A DNA stretch of 64,000 nucleotides, from positions 58,158,001 to 58,222,000 of the forward strand of contig NC_087436.1 of NCBI RefSeq assembly GCF_036321535.1, read 5' to 3'. A program made the translations under genes and the position numbers. This document shows, in pieces, positions 13,497-25,779 of the stretch. This DNA is from Camelus dromedarius. Taxonomy: Eukaryota. Under the pieces are notes generated by a model. That model saw only the letters and a list, made by a program, of their open reading frames with translations, did no database searches and was not told the origin of the DNA. How positions within the stretch are numbered: the first letter of the stretch is position 1; each line of letters begins with the position of its first letter.

Positions 13497-14235
13497 GTCA
13501 ATCAAGACTGCCATGTTGTCTGTGTCTTTCTCCTCCAATTTCTAAATTTTAAGTCTTTATTTTGAATAACACAAATAAAGTATTTGTACCCAAACTACTG
13601 AACTGTTCAGAGATATCTGGGGAGCAGAAAGTGCCAGATAGTTTTGTTTTCTGTTCTCCAAGTCTATGAAATCCATCTGAAAAAAAGTTAATATATTGAG
13701 GATTAAAAGCTTAAGGAGAGCAAAATATACAAAGCCTTTCCAATCTTCAAATCTTAAGTTGTCCTCCAAATTATGAAGTAGCTAAGGATATACGATCTTT
13801 GTCACTGAAGGTGTGGTATAAATCTATCAACATGAACCTAAAGCCACTCTGCAGGTCTGAATGGTTTTCATAGTGACAGGGCACACTAATGGACTTCTTG
13901 GGGAAATTCTGATAAGGAAGGGAAGTAGCTGACAATAAAAGAATAAACTGTACTTCCGGGCTAATGCAGAAGTGGATAACTTAACCCTTGTTCTACAAAA
14001 GAATGTGTTGTGAACTAAGACAACATTTTGAAGATTTTGTTTTTGATAAATGAAGCTTTGTTTGTCCTCATTCTTCAACTGGTACACATCTTGCATCAAC
14101 TCAGAACAGTTGCAAAGTTATTTCAGTGCCACATATTATTTCCCAGAACCAATAAGGAAGATAGAATATACTGAGATTTTCTGTTTTTAGAGAAAACAAA
14201 ATGGTGACTATTTTTGCTCTTTACTAAACGTATTC
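13497..14235 (-). pseudogene. Large fossil exon (or two; acceptor-like site at 13677), helicase-to-TAGT region
   Basis: tttgacag| ... GAC|GTAACT; frameshifted; IHFCIS..LSATSLP ~ LHFIIP..LESMRLP; DLENRKQNYLALSAPQI ~ ELERNRQEELGIKPQDI; ISLNSSVVW ~ ISDDSCVMW. Confidence 0.6.
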
Positions 14236-14823
14236 CTGTCAAATACAAAAGTATCACCTGGGAGCAAAATGGACCTTTGAAAACTGCATATGCAACTCCC
14301 TGTCTTAAACAGAGTATACTAACCTTGGACTGCAAAATTCCATTCAACAAGGAATAATAAGACAAAATTCTTTCTCATTTCCTTGTCATTTAAGCTTCCT
14401 GTTAAGATTCTATACTTAGATTGAGTTGCTGGAATTTAGCATGTAAATCTTTTAATGAATTTCTTAAAATTAAATGTGCTCTGTTTCTTATAAATGTGCA
14501 CACCTAAGATATTTCAAACACAAAAAATAATTCATTGATGATGGATGTTGAAATAAGATGTTCTCTTCTACTTGGAAAAATGCAATAAAAATAGCACTGA
14601 ATAAAAGTTCACAAACATGTTTTCAAAGGATTAATTCAATTCAACAATGTCTATTATGACTCTATATTTAATAATTTATGACCAATATTTCTGAAAGCAG
14701 TCTACCCACATTGGAATTAGCTTGCTGCTTATTAAAATTACAGATTCCCCATTTCCACTTGAAAAAGTAAAACCTAATAAATTAGAATCTCTGGTGGTAA
14801 AGAAACTGGAACATTAATTTTAC

Positions 14824-15020
14824 CAGATTTTTCTAGTAGATATAATGTGTATTGATATGGTTGATCTGTAAAGAAAAACCATGAAAAAAATGGTTTTGAT
14901 AATTTTTAAAGTGTCCAAAACAGAGAACCCATATCTTGCCAAAATGAGTAATTTTAACATGAGGTACGAAGCACTACACATTCCAAAGAGATCCATTTGC
15001 AAGTTAACAGGATTAAATGA
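14824..15020 (-). pseudogene. Fossil exon (197 bp)
   Basis: gctttcaag| ... CTG|GTAAAA; SFNPVNLQMDLFGMCSASYLMLKLLILARY aligns ungapped, at low identity, to [30 protein letters not shown]. Confidence 0.65.
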
Positions 15021-17361
15021 CTTGAAAGCAACAAGCCAAATATTTTATAATTTCACATTTATAGTATTAGGTATATAGGAGGATGAGTGAAATTCGAAGT
15101 ACTGCAGGCATATTGGTAAGAGAACATTGTACACTTTTGGATGAAATTTCAGAGTACCAAATGGTCCCTTACCCTAGTAAAGGTACTCTCTGCTATTTCA
15201 AATGACTTTAAAGAAAGAACTTTCCCTAACAAGACCAGGAAAGTAAGATGGTGATTTAAAAAAAAAAAAAAAAAAAAAGATATATGCATCACAACACCCT
15301 ACAATACATGTAAGTTCTCAGTAAATGCTTAATGATTACTCTTAGAAAATGTCATTTCTATTTATTCTAAATAGCTATGATCTTTGTTTTTAACATTATT
15401 TAAATCTCTGTCCTCAAACTAACTTGGAGTAATTCATTTAACTTCTCTGAATCTCAGTTTCCTCATCTATAAGGTAAATATACTGTTCTAAATCAATGTC
15501 TGTCAAAATTAAGCCCACCTACATATATTGTGACATATCTGTATGCTATTACTAACATTTTTTCAAAATAATATTTCAAAGTTATAGCTACAGATTTCTA
15601 AAATGCAATAAAATTAACATACATCTATTAAACTTTTTTCAAATGCTCATTCTTGTATTACCATAAAATATCATGTTGTATTCCATCTTTATTTTACCAC
15701 CTTGCTTGAGAATGTTTATTTTTATGAAATATCCTTTTCTTGGGACATTAAGTTTCCTAGTACATATAAAATTTTACCATAATTTTGAACAACCTTCTGA
15801 TAAATTCTGATTATTTTCCAGTTAAAAATGTTATCAATTTTATGATTACATATTAGAATTCTGCCTAAAGTGTTTAAAAATCATTTCAATGTTTATAAAC
15901 ATCAATTTTAAAAAGTCTCAACTCTACATCAGAAAGCTTTTGAGAAAAGAAAGTAAAACAGTTTGAAATATATAAATCAGCATTTAGAAGAAAAATCTTT
16001 GAAGAGTTACAGAATCCTCTGAGTAACACTGTAACTCAATTCACAGCAACTGTAGTTAAATTATTCTATGTCTACAAGTCAGCTTCTCAAGCAGAGTCCC
16101 CCAAATCCTCATGATGTGCTGCCTTTTCATATGGGACAAAAGAGACATTTTTTATAGCTTCCATATTTAAATTCTAGTCTTTATTCATACATACAAATGT
16201 TGCAATTACTTTTTAAAGTTTTCTGGATATTACTAATTTGTTTTCAAAAATAATGGAAAGCATGACAGGAACTGAATAAATTTTGGATGTTTAAAATTGT
16301 GTCTTTTATAAAAGTTATACTGAACTTGATTTTAACTGTATTTTTTTTTACCATTTTTACTACCATTGAAATATACACGATACTCACTTAAAACAATAGA
16401 AGATATTATATTTTATTTCAATTTACTAAAGACTAATGAGTAGGATGCTATCTTAATCATTTCATTTTAGCTAGTAAATATAATCTACAAGTTTCTTTTG
16501 AGCACATAGCGTCTGCTTAATACTAAGGATACTCCCTCAATCGCATGCTCATGAAAAGGTTACAGTCTAACTGGGAGACACTGCACTATCTGAAGCCACA
16601 ATAAATAAGGCAACCTAGGCTAAATCAGCCACAGACTGCTACAAAAGTGTCAAATTTTTGACAGTATCGATGATAAATGCAGCAAGATATCTGGACTATC
16701 AAAGACTGAGAATTCACAGTTGAGAATGGTTCCTTCCTTCCATTCTATCAGTACATCTAGTAATAGATGTAAGAGGAATAGGGAGTAGGAGTTTTAGGAC
16801 AGGGCTGGTTAATAAAAAGAATTCGAGGAAATTAACTTAGCATCAAATTCAGCAATAATTCTTTCCACACTCTTTTTTTATCTGTGCATAGTAAGAAGTT
16901 AATTCAGCTCCAAGTAAGTAAGACATTTGACAATGGAAACATTTAAATTTTTGTCTTTTACAAATCTAATATTAACCTAGAGGTAAAAATTAAGAACTGA
17001 GTGTCAAGCATAAGCTAGAATAAGATCAGAATTTCAAATCCAAACTTAATAATTAATATAACATTAAAACTATTTTTTGAAAATTGTGGTTCTGTAAAAA
17101 AAAAATTGGACTTAGGAAAAACAACAGCTGGGCTGACTCCTAGAATTTCAACTGACTAGATTTTTTAAGCTATTTAATTTCTCTAAATTGCAATTACTTC
17201 ATTCTTAACATAAAGGTTAGTACAATCTGTTCTGTCTCCCTCACTGGATATGAAAACTGCATAATATAATAGGACTAAATAACTTAACAAGATAAAATTG
17301 TAAATGATTTTGTATTATAATTATTATTACAAAGAAACAAAACAAAAATAATCCAGGACTA

Positions 17362-17506
17362 GGGGGAGGGGATAGCTTAATTGGTAGAGTGCATGTTTAG
17401 CATACCCGAGGTTTTGGGTTTAATCCCCAGTACCTCCTCTAAAAATAAATAAATCTAATTACCTCCCCAGACCTCCACCTAAATAAAAATAATTAAGTAA
17501 TACAAT
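17362..17506 (+). mobile_element. Vic-1-type tRNA-derived camelid SINE
   Basis: ggggaggggatagcttaattggtagag...gggtttaatccccagtacctcc...ctaattacctcccc; 20-bp TSD aacaaaaataatccaggact (17341-17360, 17507-17526). Confidence 0.9.
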
Positions 17507-17804
17507 AACAAAAATAATCCAGGACTTATGACCCTAATAAGCAAAATAAAACCAAACCAAACCAAATTTTATTTCATGAAATTTGAGCTCTTTTATATCC
17601 CAATTTATTTTCTTTATTTTTGTGTGTATCTGTTATTATTCATACTACAGTCACTTTTTTGATGCTGCATTTATTAATATGATTTCAAATCCAAGATAAA
17701 TATGCTTCTTTTTAAACTTTCAACTAGTTAATTCCAATTTCTAGCATGCAATTCCACAATTCTGAATATTTTTAGATAGAATTTTGAACAAGATTTCTCC
17801 TTAC

Positions 17805-18013
17805 CACAGATAAGTAAACCATGAAATTATGCATATTTTTTCTCCTTTGTGGAGACTCATATAAATAAATCCACTTTTTGTTTCTTTCATTTTGCTTATT
17901 TTTTTTAAAGATGAGATCTAAAATTTTCATTGATTTACTAAATTGCCTTTTATCTGCCTCCTTGCGCATTACAGCCTTCCATACATTCTTCTTTCTCTTA
18001 AGATATATTCTTC
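17805..18013 (-). pseudogene. Fossil exon (209 bp, frame open)
   Basis: tgtttaag| ... GTG|GTAAGG; RIYLKRKKNVWKAVMRK..FMVYLSV; phase 1 to 0. Confidence 0.7.
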
Positions 18014-18102
18014 CTTAAACATGTTAAAAATGAATACTAATAATAAGAAAGTAATACTGGAGTTTCACAGACATTTTCATTTCATCTTAATAAATTATTC
18101 AC

Positions 18103-18196
18103 CATAATTATTGCAAGGAATCATGTAATTTCTTATTGAAAAATAAGTCAATATAAGTAAAAGTTCCTTTGAGAACCATTTTCAGAATCTTGCTTC
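18103..18196 (-). pseudogene. Fossil exon (94 bp)
   Basis: tttcataag| ... ATG|GTGAAT; EARF*KWFSKELLLILTYFSIRNYMIPCNNY-G; phase 0 to 1 fits both neighbours. Confidence 0.7.
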
Positions 18197-18221
18197 CTTA
18201 TGAAACAAAATGCAAAATTTA

Positions 18222-18224
<3 letters not shown>

Positions 18225-18269
<45 letters not shown>
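18225..18269. repeat. (CA)n microsatellite
   Basis: Direct reading. Confidence 0.95.
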
Positions 18270-18271
<2 letters not shown>

Positions 18272-18399
18272 TAACCCCCTCGACCATGGATTTCTTGGAT
18301 AGTTTCTTGCTTTTTATACACAAATCCCACTACAAATTTATTAGTATGTATCTTCTCTCCCCAAAACAACAAAGAAAATCAAGAGAAAGAACTCCTCAC

Positions 18400-18569
18400 A
18401 GTAGTCAAATGCATTTTGCATCTCAACTGCACAATCATTTTTGTCCCTAGAAAACATTAGACAATATCATTCTCCCTGAATCTTGTACAGTATGAAACCA
18501 AGACCAACTTCTGTACATTTTGTTGCAGTGTTTCTCTAAATCGTTGGAGTCTGGAACCTTAGTTATTTC
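18400..18569 (-). pseudogene. Fossil exon (170 bp)
   Basis: tttctaag| ... ACT|GTGAGG; SRLQRFRETLQQNVQKLVLVSYCTRF..GTKMIVQLR ~ PRLH..RTFVLVQHY..GLMVLLR; 2 stops. Confidence 0.7.
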
Positions 18570-19574
18570 CTTAGAAAGTTAAATGTAAAAAAAAAAAAAA
18601 AAATTCATATTTGTCACTATCCAAAGAGAGTATAAAACATCAAGGTCTAAATTGTTGGCTTCTTATATCAGCTTCCCCAGACTATATACAGCTCGCTCCT
18701 TTGATTCACTGGGGTCAGTATTTCACACTCACACAACAGCCAACAAGAAGCCCAAGGGTACAATTGGCAAAAATTAAATATTAGACCATGGTTTTGAAAC
18801 TTCTGAAAACTAACTTGAAATAAATTTAATCAATGATCCCAACTATATTTAATAGAATCATACAATACTATCATATTAGAGGTCATCGAGGTCAAGCTTC
18901 TTATTTTACATGTAAAAATACCCTGAGGTCTGAAGGTTAAGCAACAAGTTAATGTTTAAGACAGGATGAGAAGCCACACACATCAAAACTCCAGGGCAGA
19001 ATGCTTTTATTTCTATTTCTTTCTATCTAAATATTGTCAGTTCACCTAATACTGCAAGAGGGGGAAAAGTTTGAAAGGATTTTTTATTTAATATTCCTAA
19101 ATTGTTCAAAAGACACTAGGGATTATTTGGGGCTGATTTATCATAAGTTTGTCCTATTATATTGTTTTCTGTCACAATTTAAACAGATAAACGGAGCACA
19201 GTTACACACATACAACTTCTGTCACACATGTTTAGGCACCCTATAATAAGTTGCAAAATCTACTGCGTATTACCTTCCCCTCTCCTTGGTGGTGGTATTT
19301 TTTTTCCTTTTATCACATGTAATACAGAGAACAATTTCCAAGCATTAAAAGACTTCATTTATTCCCCTACTATTCAAGATAAAATATTATTTAAAAAGGG
19401 AATGCCCTCTGTTAATTCTTTTTAAAATCATTCCTGTTAACTATATTTATTCCTTATTAAAAATAACAAACTAAAATAAATACATATCTAACTCACAATG
19501 TTCAATTCTTCTCTGTAAGAGTAAGCTATCAGGAGCACTCAAGAATTTATGAAACACTTTCACAGCATTAATTT

Positions 19575-19680
19575 ATTCACTGCATTCTTATAAAGCACCT
19601 ACATACATAAGCCAAGCCCTGTTTTACATACAGAGTGAGTATGATACAAAGTTCCTGTATCATTTTATATATATATATAC

Positions 19681-19721
<41 letters not shown>

Positions 19722-20070
19722 ATAGTAAATATATAATCTCTAATCTGTATCTATATATACTATATATATAACAGAGTAAATATACAACATATAATCTATA
19801 TAATGCACACACATTTCAGATGATAGTTGAAGTTAGTGTGTCTTTGTAAATAGGGGAGATTAAATGATGAGAAACAACTATGTTCTGAGTATCTCAGGAG
19901 AGAAAACTGAACACATAAAAGATGGGAAGGAGCCTGGCATATCTAAGGAAAAGAAAGCTGACCAGTATGGCTGCAGTGTGGTTGAGATGAGTATGACACA
20001 AGAGAAAGCCACAGGTTGTCAGGGTGAGATAATACTGAGCCTTGTAAGTCAGGGTAGCTCACATTGTTTA
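19575..20070 (-). mobile_element. LINE-2 fragment with embedded (TA)n(CA)n
   Basis: L2-like gcacctacat..gccaagccctg and gagccttgtaagtcagggta. Confidence 0.55.
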
Positions 20071-20271
20071 TTCATTCCTCCATGTATACACTTAGAAATA
20101 AATATTTTAGGCCTCTTTGGTTTGAACACTAAGGACACAAAGATGGGCTAGATCTCTGCCCTTTTCAGACTTAAGGCATACATGAGCACTCAAACTATTA
20201 CAAGTTTCTTTGGTCATTTCTAACAGCAATCTTTAATCAGTTTATTTAGCATCTGCTTGACCACAATTTGC

Positions 20272-20302
<31 letters not shown>

Positions 20303-20419
20303 TCAGAACTACTTAAATATTTTTTTAGGTACAGTCTCATGTTTAACGGCAGCCAAAAGGTTCTATTGTGAGTACCAACTCATTTCATCATGATTACACT
20401 CAATGATCAAATTAACATA

Positions 20420-20632
20420 TACACACTACTATATATAAAATAGATAGCCAACAAGGACCTACTTTATAGCACATGGAATTATACTCAGTATCTTATAATA
20501 ACCTATAATGGAAAAGAATATGAAAAAGAATATATGTGTGTGTGTATGTGTATAACTGAATCACTTTGCTGTACACCTGAAGCTCACACAACTCTGTAAA
20601 TCAACTATACTTTAATAAATAAATAAATAGAT
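20420..20632 (+). mobile_element. Short L1 3' end
   Basis: caacaaggacctactttatagcaca...gtaaatcaactatac plus A-rich tail. Confidence 0.85.
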
Positions 20633-22145
20633 TTTCAAAAAAACATCTTGAATTAATCATTTATGACACTGCTATAAATTAGACATTAGGACTGCTCTGC
20701 TAATGACAATGTCACCAGTAAGCTGTAATTACCGTAACCAGGATGTAATCTAATGTTTTTAATCTGTCAGATGAAAAATCTTCCCCTACAGAGAGAGGAA
20801 GAAACAGAGTGGAAAACCTACACATATTGCTTTCACAGTTTTATTAAATTTTAAATTATTTACTTTTCTTCAGAGGCCTCAGAAAACTGCATTCCTAATA
20901 CAGGGACATAGAAAAGAGTAAAATTATTTGGAATTTGTGGCTTACATTTCCCCATTTGAAAAACAGATTTTTGACACAACTTTTAAGCAATATAGAAAGA
21001 AAAATTCCAGCAACTACTCTTGATAAATGTTAAGATGTACCTGACAATCTATTTTTTGACATATTATTTAGAAGTTAGCTCGTAAAATTAGCATAACGTT
21101 TTACCAGAGTACATCATAAAATGTAGTCTCTATTCCAAGATACACCACACACACACCCACACACACACACAATGTAAAATGTAGTTTTCCTTTGCTCTTA
21201 CATCCACATGTCAAACATAATTTATCCAAAAATAAAATACAAACTACTGTAAAGATGGCATGTTTTAGAAATTAGTCACAAATTACATCAACAAACTGAT
21301 TGCCTTTGATGTTTTAAAAGAGAAAGAATAGCCTAGTTGTTTCTATTTCAATCTTCCACTCATCTATGTTACTTGAATTTTAAATTGGCAGAGGAAGGAA
21401 ATCTTTAGAGAGTAAGTATTTAAGTAAATAAATTTATAGTTGCAGAAGCAAGATAACCAAATTCTCTAAAAGCTGCAGTTGGCAGGGAATCAACTGCTTT
21501 GTAACTTAATATGCTCTAGGTTTGTTGTGGCATTGTTGTGTAAGGGTATTTTTTTTCCAAATAACTTTGCTCTATGAAAATTCTACATACTTAAGCCTCA
21601 TGGTTCAAAAGTAACACTGTTTTATAGTAGCTCTATTGAAAGAAGTATTGGAGCTAACAGGTTGTAAATGTCATATTCAAAATTTATGGAGCAAGAAAAA
21701 TACACTAAACTAGGAAGTAGCTGACTTGCATGCTGTGCGTTAAAAACATACCTCTCAGTATTATCTATCTACCACCTGAATCAAACTCTTCTGGTCCAAA
21801 CTTCAGCCTTCTCAACCAGCTATGAGAAGGGGCCCAGGAATTTGATAAACTGAATTTTTAGAACCGCTACCCTTTGAGCTGTAATTTCCTTATCTGTTAA
21901 ATCATTCTACGATTCACATTTTATGGTTTGTCTATTGTATATGATACTCTATTCTAAACATTTTTGAGTACCTCCTGCAGATATCTAGCAAGACATCTAG
22001 GTAGTTCTGTACAGATGGAGCTTCCAATAATTCAGATAATAACAAATCCAGTAGAATAGAAACCCCAGATTCCAGACCATGGGGTTTTTGAAAGTTCTAT
22101 TGAATCATAAAGCATTAAGAACCCATTTTATTGATAGCCTGTTAC

Positions 22146-22436
22146 CAACATATTAATTACTAACTTCTCTAAAGTTTTGGAATTCAAAAAATAATTCAGT
22201 TAAACTCCTTTCCACTTCAGGAGTTCCAGAATCACTTGCTCAAGTATATGTTCATGATTCCCATCTTTCATTTATAGGAGTACTAGCGCTAAATTAGCAT
22301 CAGCACTCTTAGTTTTAATGTATGGGGCTATGCTGTCTTCTTTGCTTATCTTATAATATTGTCTTTGAACGTAGCAGCCGAGCTGACTCCTCTTGTTAAC
22401 TTTTGACATATTTCACTCCAGCTTTCTTCACTGACT
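22146..22436 (-). pseudogene. Fossil exon (291 bp, frameshifted)
   Basis: ttcactag| ... TTG|GTAACA; VSEESWSE (~NEVHW), then LKWKGV*LNYFLNSKTLEKLVINML ~ [24 protein letters not shown]. Confidence 0.7.
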
Positions 22437-22706
22437 CTAGTGAACAAAGCATTTCATTAATTGCAAATAAGGAGAACCAATAGCATTTTTCACCAATGAC
22501 TTTGCACTGATAAATTGTTCTATTACCACTCTGTACAGTTATTACTCCGAAATTATAAGACACAATGGGCTAAACCATGAGTTCAAAATTCAATCACTTA
22601 TTAATAAAAAATTTAACTATCCATGATGCTTTTGCTATTTAAGTAGAGTAATATAATATTTTTTAATTTTTTAAAATGTAATCTTAAAAGAAGCCATGTG
22701 TATTAC

Positions 22707-22740
22707 CTTTCAAAGACATCAATAAATATCTCCAGGAACA
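22707..22740 (-). pseudogene. Fossil micro-exon (34 bp)
   Basis: gttccctaag| ... AAG|GTAATA; open FLEIFIDVFE-R; phase-2 end fits the next exon. Confidence 0.45.
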
Positions 22741-23669
22741 CTTAGGGAACACACAATAACATGGTGTATATGGTTAATTGATTGAGCCATTATTTACAGT
22801 TTTTTTAAAAACACAATCTCTACATGTTGACATAGTATGGTGACATGCAAAACAGTATGTAAATTTGTTGTCAAAGAAAGGAAAACAAAAGATTCCTAAC
22901 ACCATTTGGTTCTTAAAAAACATTTGTTTTTATAAAAAACTAAGTACCTAGTTTACTGACACCCACTGGGAACTTATTTCCTAGGCATGGAACAAGGCAA
23001 TAAAAACATAAAAATAAGTTTTTACCTTTAAATAGATCTTAATAGAGAAGGAGAGGCAGATACACTAAATTAGTGGGTGGGGGAATGTAAACTGATACAC
23101 TAAATGCAACATTTAAATAGCTAAAAGTTGTAGGAAGCAATGTGGGGATGATAAAGTAGAAGCAACAGCCTGGTGGGTAAGAGTATGTCAGACAGGCAAC
23201 AGGTAAGGTCATCCAGGTCTGTATCAGCAATGTAAGTGATGATGGACTACAAAACCCCACTGAAGCTCTGACAACACTTCCTCACGATATATCACTACCC
23301 TATCCCCAACCTCCCTCAACACAAGCGCAGTATTCCTCAAAGTTTCCTAGACCAAGAGGGTCCTTCAAGCATTATCTTGTCTTTGATTCTGTGGATGAAT
23401 AACAACTTAATTAACTATCAAGGTTTCTTAATTTACTATTAGTGCTGTTTGAAACTTATAATATCTATTTTTTCTTTTTAAAATTTTAAGTAATAAATTA
23501 ACAGTAGTGTATGATAATGATGTTTCTTTTCTTTTCTTTTTGCAGATCATATTGTCAGTCTCACAGTGTGTACTACATATTTTTAAACAAGAGTATTTCT
23601 GGCCTGTCATTTTTGATAATCACACTTTAAAAGGCATATGGTTTATGGCTCAAACATGTGCTTACTCAT

Positions 23670-24200
23670 TCAGCTACTCACTTAATTTATTCAAAAGAAA
23701 TATATTAAATGTCTTATTACCAAATACTATTCTTGGCATAAGAGTAAATAGAGTATTAAATAAAACAGATAAGGTCCTTGCCTTTGTGCAAATTACATGC
23801 TGGTGGGAGGGAGAAAGACAATAAACAAGAAGATATATTAATAGCTAATAATTTCAAAAATAATAAAAAACATTAAGCGTGGGATAGAAAGAAGTTCTGG
23901 GAGACAACATTACTGGATTTTCAGTGAAGACTGAATGGCAAAGGTGAAATTTAATTTGAGATCTACTATATGGAGATCTGGAGTGGAAGGTTTTTATCTA
24001 AGCGGAAGGAAAAAGCAAGCTATTATCATGTGTTCCGTAAATGTTCCTGGAGACATTTCTTGTCCGAGAAATGTAAAGATAGCCATGATGGCTAAAGCCT
24101 GGAAAATAAATGAGAAAATGATGGGGTGAAATCAGTCTGGGAAGAAGCCAGATCACACAGGACTTATGGTCCATGGTAAAGAGTTTGTATTTTACACTAA
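23670..24200 (-). mobile_element. LINE-2 fragment
   Basis: aaggtccttgcc..gggagaaagacaataaac..agatcacacaggacttatggtccatggtaaagag. Confidence 0.65.
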
Positions 24201-24436
24201 ATTCAATAAATGAAATGCTAATTCTCAAATATATTAAAGCAGATATATACATAACTCCCTTAGAATTTGTTTAATACAGTGACAGTTTGTTATGTGCTTT
24301 CTATCAGCTTGGCAGCGAAAGTATTAAACACACATTTGTTGCATATTATCAAAGCAAATATAATAAATTACTATTACTTTATAAAACTATTTATAATATA
24401 TAATCATATATATAAGTTCATATTGTATAAAGTAAC

Positions 24437-24891
24437 CAGTTATTGAAATAATGATCAGCTAGTATACTGTAAACTGTTAATAAGTAAAAAATTTCTTATT
24501 CCTTTCATATTTATATAATTTTTATGCTAATATGTTTTCTATGTAAGTGGAATGTAAGAACTTTTCATAATTTTGTTTAGATCTAATTCCTCATTATCAG
24601 TGTCATCTGTGCCACTGGGAAAGGGAATAGTAGGCTGATTATGCAGCATAATGAATGAACTACATAAATGTTCTCAAGGTAAGTTTCCAACATCCAGAAA
24701 AACAGAGCATCCTATTTTTGGTGAAACTGTACTAACAGAGTCACAACATATTTTATCTAGACACAGTATCACAGACCAGTTCTATAAAAGGGACTGTGAT
24801 AGTAAGGATCAGACATGTATGTCTAAAGGCAAGATTTCACACATATATTTATGGATTGAGCAAGTTACAGCCAAAGATAATTGGTGACAAC
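24437..24891 (-). pseudogene. Fossil exon (~455 bp, donor uncertain), start of the cpSF2-helicase-like region
   Basis: attcttcag|; one frame with scattered stops: HQLSLAVTCSIHKYMCEI, SQSL, VFLDVG, SFIMLHNQ (~LFVLVHDN, motif II position), YINMKGIRNFLLINSLQYTS (~[20 protein letters not shown], motif III position). Confidence 0.7.
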
Positions 24892-25779
24892 CTGAAGAAT
24901 ATTAAGTTTCACAGTTTTCCTTCATGTAGCCTTCTGTACATTTTCTTTCACCCAATTTTTGTTTCATTTTAGTTGATTATAAATAGGAAACAAACTTTGT
25001 GTTGTTCAATAGCTTATTTCAAACAACCCTATGTTAGACACTGTGTATGAACGTCATCTGAGGAATTAAATTTTATGGCAGGGTTTCTTTCACAGTAGAG
25101 AAAAAGAAATGACTTAATAAATTTCATCACAGCAAAGGCAGAAGTTCTTGAAAATGGCTAGCTGGAGCATTAAGGGTGCTGTGGTAATAATTTCAGGAAT
25201 GATAAGAACCAATCCAACCTGTCAGAGAACCATGAAGCTCACCCCTGATTTAATCAATCAGATGTATATATTTGGATCCTTTAGCTTCTATATTAATTGA
25301 ACATACAGAAAGTTGCTCAATTTAGCAAAATACTTGAAAATCTCCAAATAATGAATTCATTAATAAAGAGAGCATGAAAGAAAAATCAATAGGGGGATAT
25401 AAAATAAACTTGAGGGCTCCAGGAAGAAAGGTAAACTAGTTACAAGAGACAATAAAATAATGCTATTGAAAGTGCAATTAAATTAGGATTTGTGATGAAC
25501 TGCTGCATTAATGTTTGGTTATATAGTGAGATAAGATCTCTTAGTGGTTGTTGCTCCAGGTTATTACCATTGTCTCCTCTAGTCTGTGATGTCCCAGTCA
25601 CCAGCGAACTTCCTCCTTTTCCATGTCAAAAGATAATGTGACCTTTTCGTATTTGATGAAAAAACTGAATACCTCTTTCTAAAAACCAGTGGATGCTGTA
25701 CCCTTCCTAATAATGTATAAATACAAACAGGCAATAGGGTGTGGTTTATGTAGTTCTTATCTGTAATATTCTGTTGCAG

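Noticed and set aside
13550..13676. Alternative readings of this segment: NTLFVL as motif II, or LSAPQI as Walker A
   Set aside because: Both are out of collinear order; the TAGT alignment fits better.
15490..16480. Possible old DNA transposon
   Set aside because: No convincing terminal repeats or family could be established by eye.
17362..17437. tRNA gene
   Set aside because: It has a SINE tail, a TSD and a degenerate B box; the copy at 58395-58525 is likewise a SINE.
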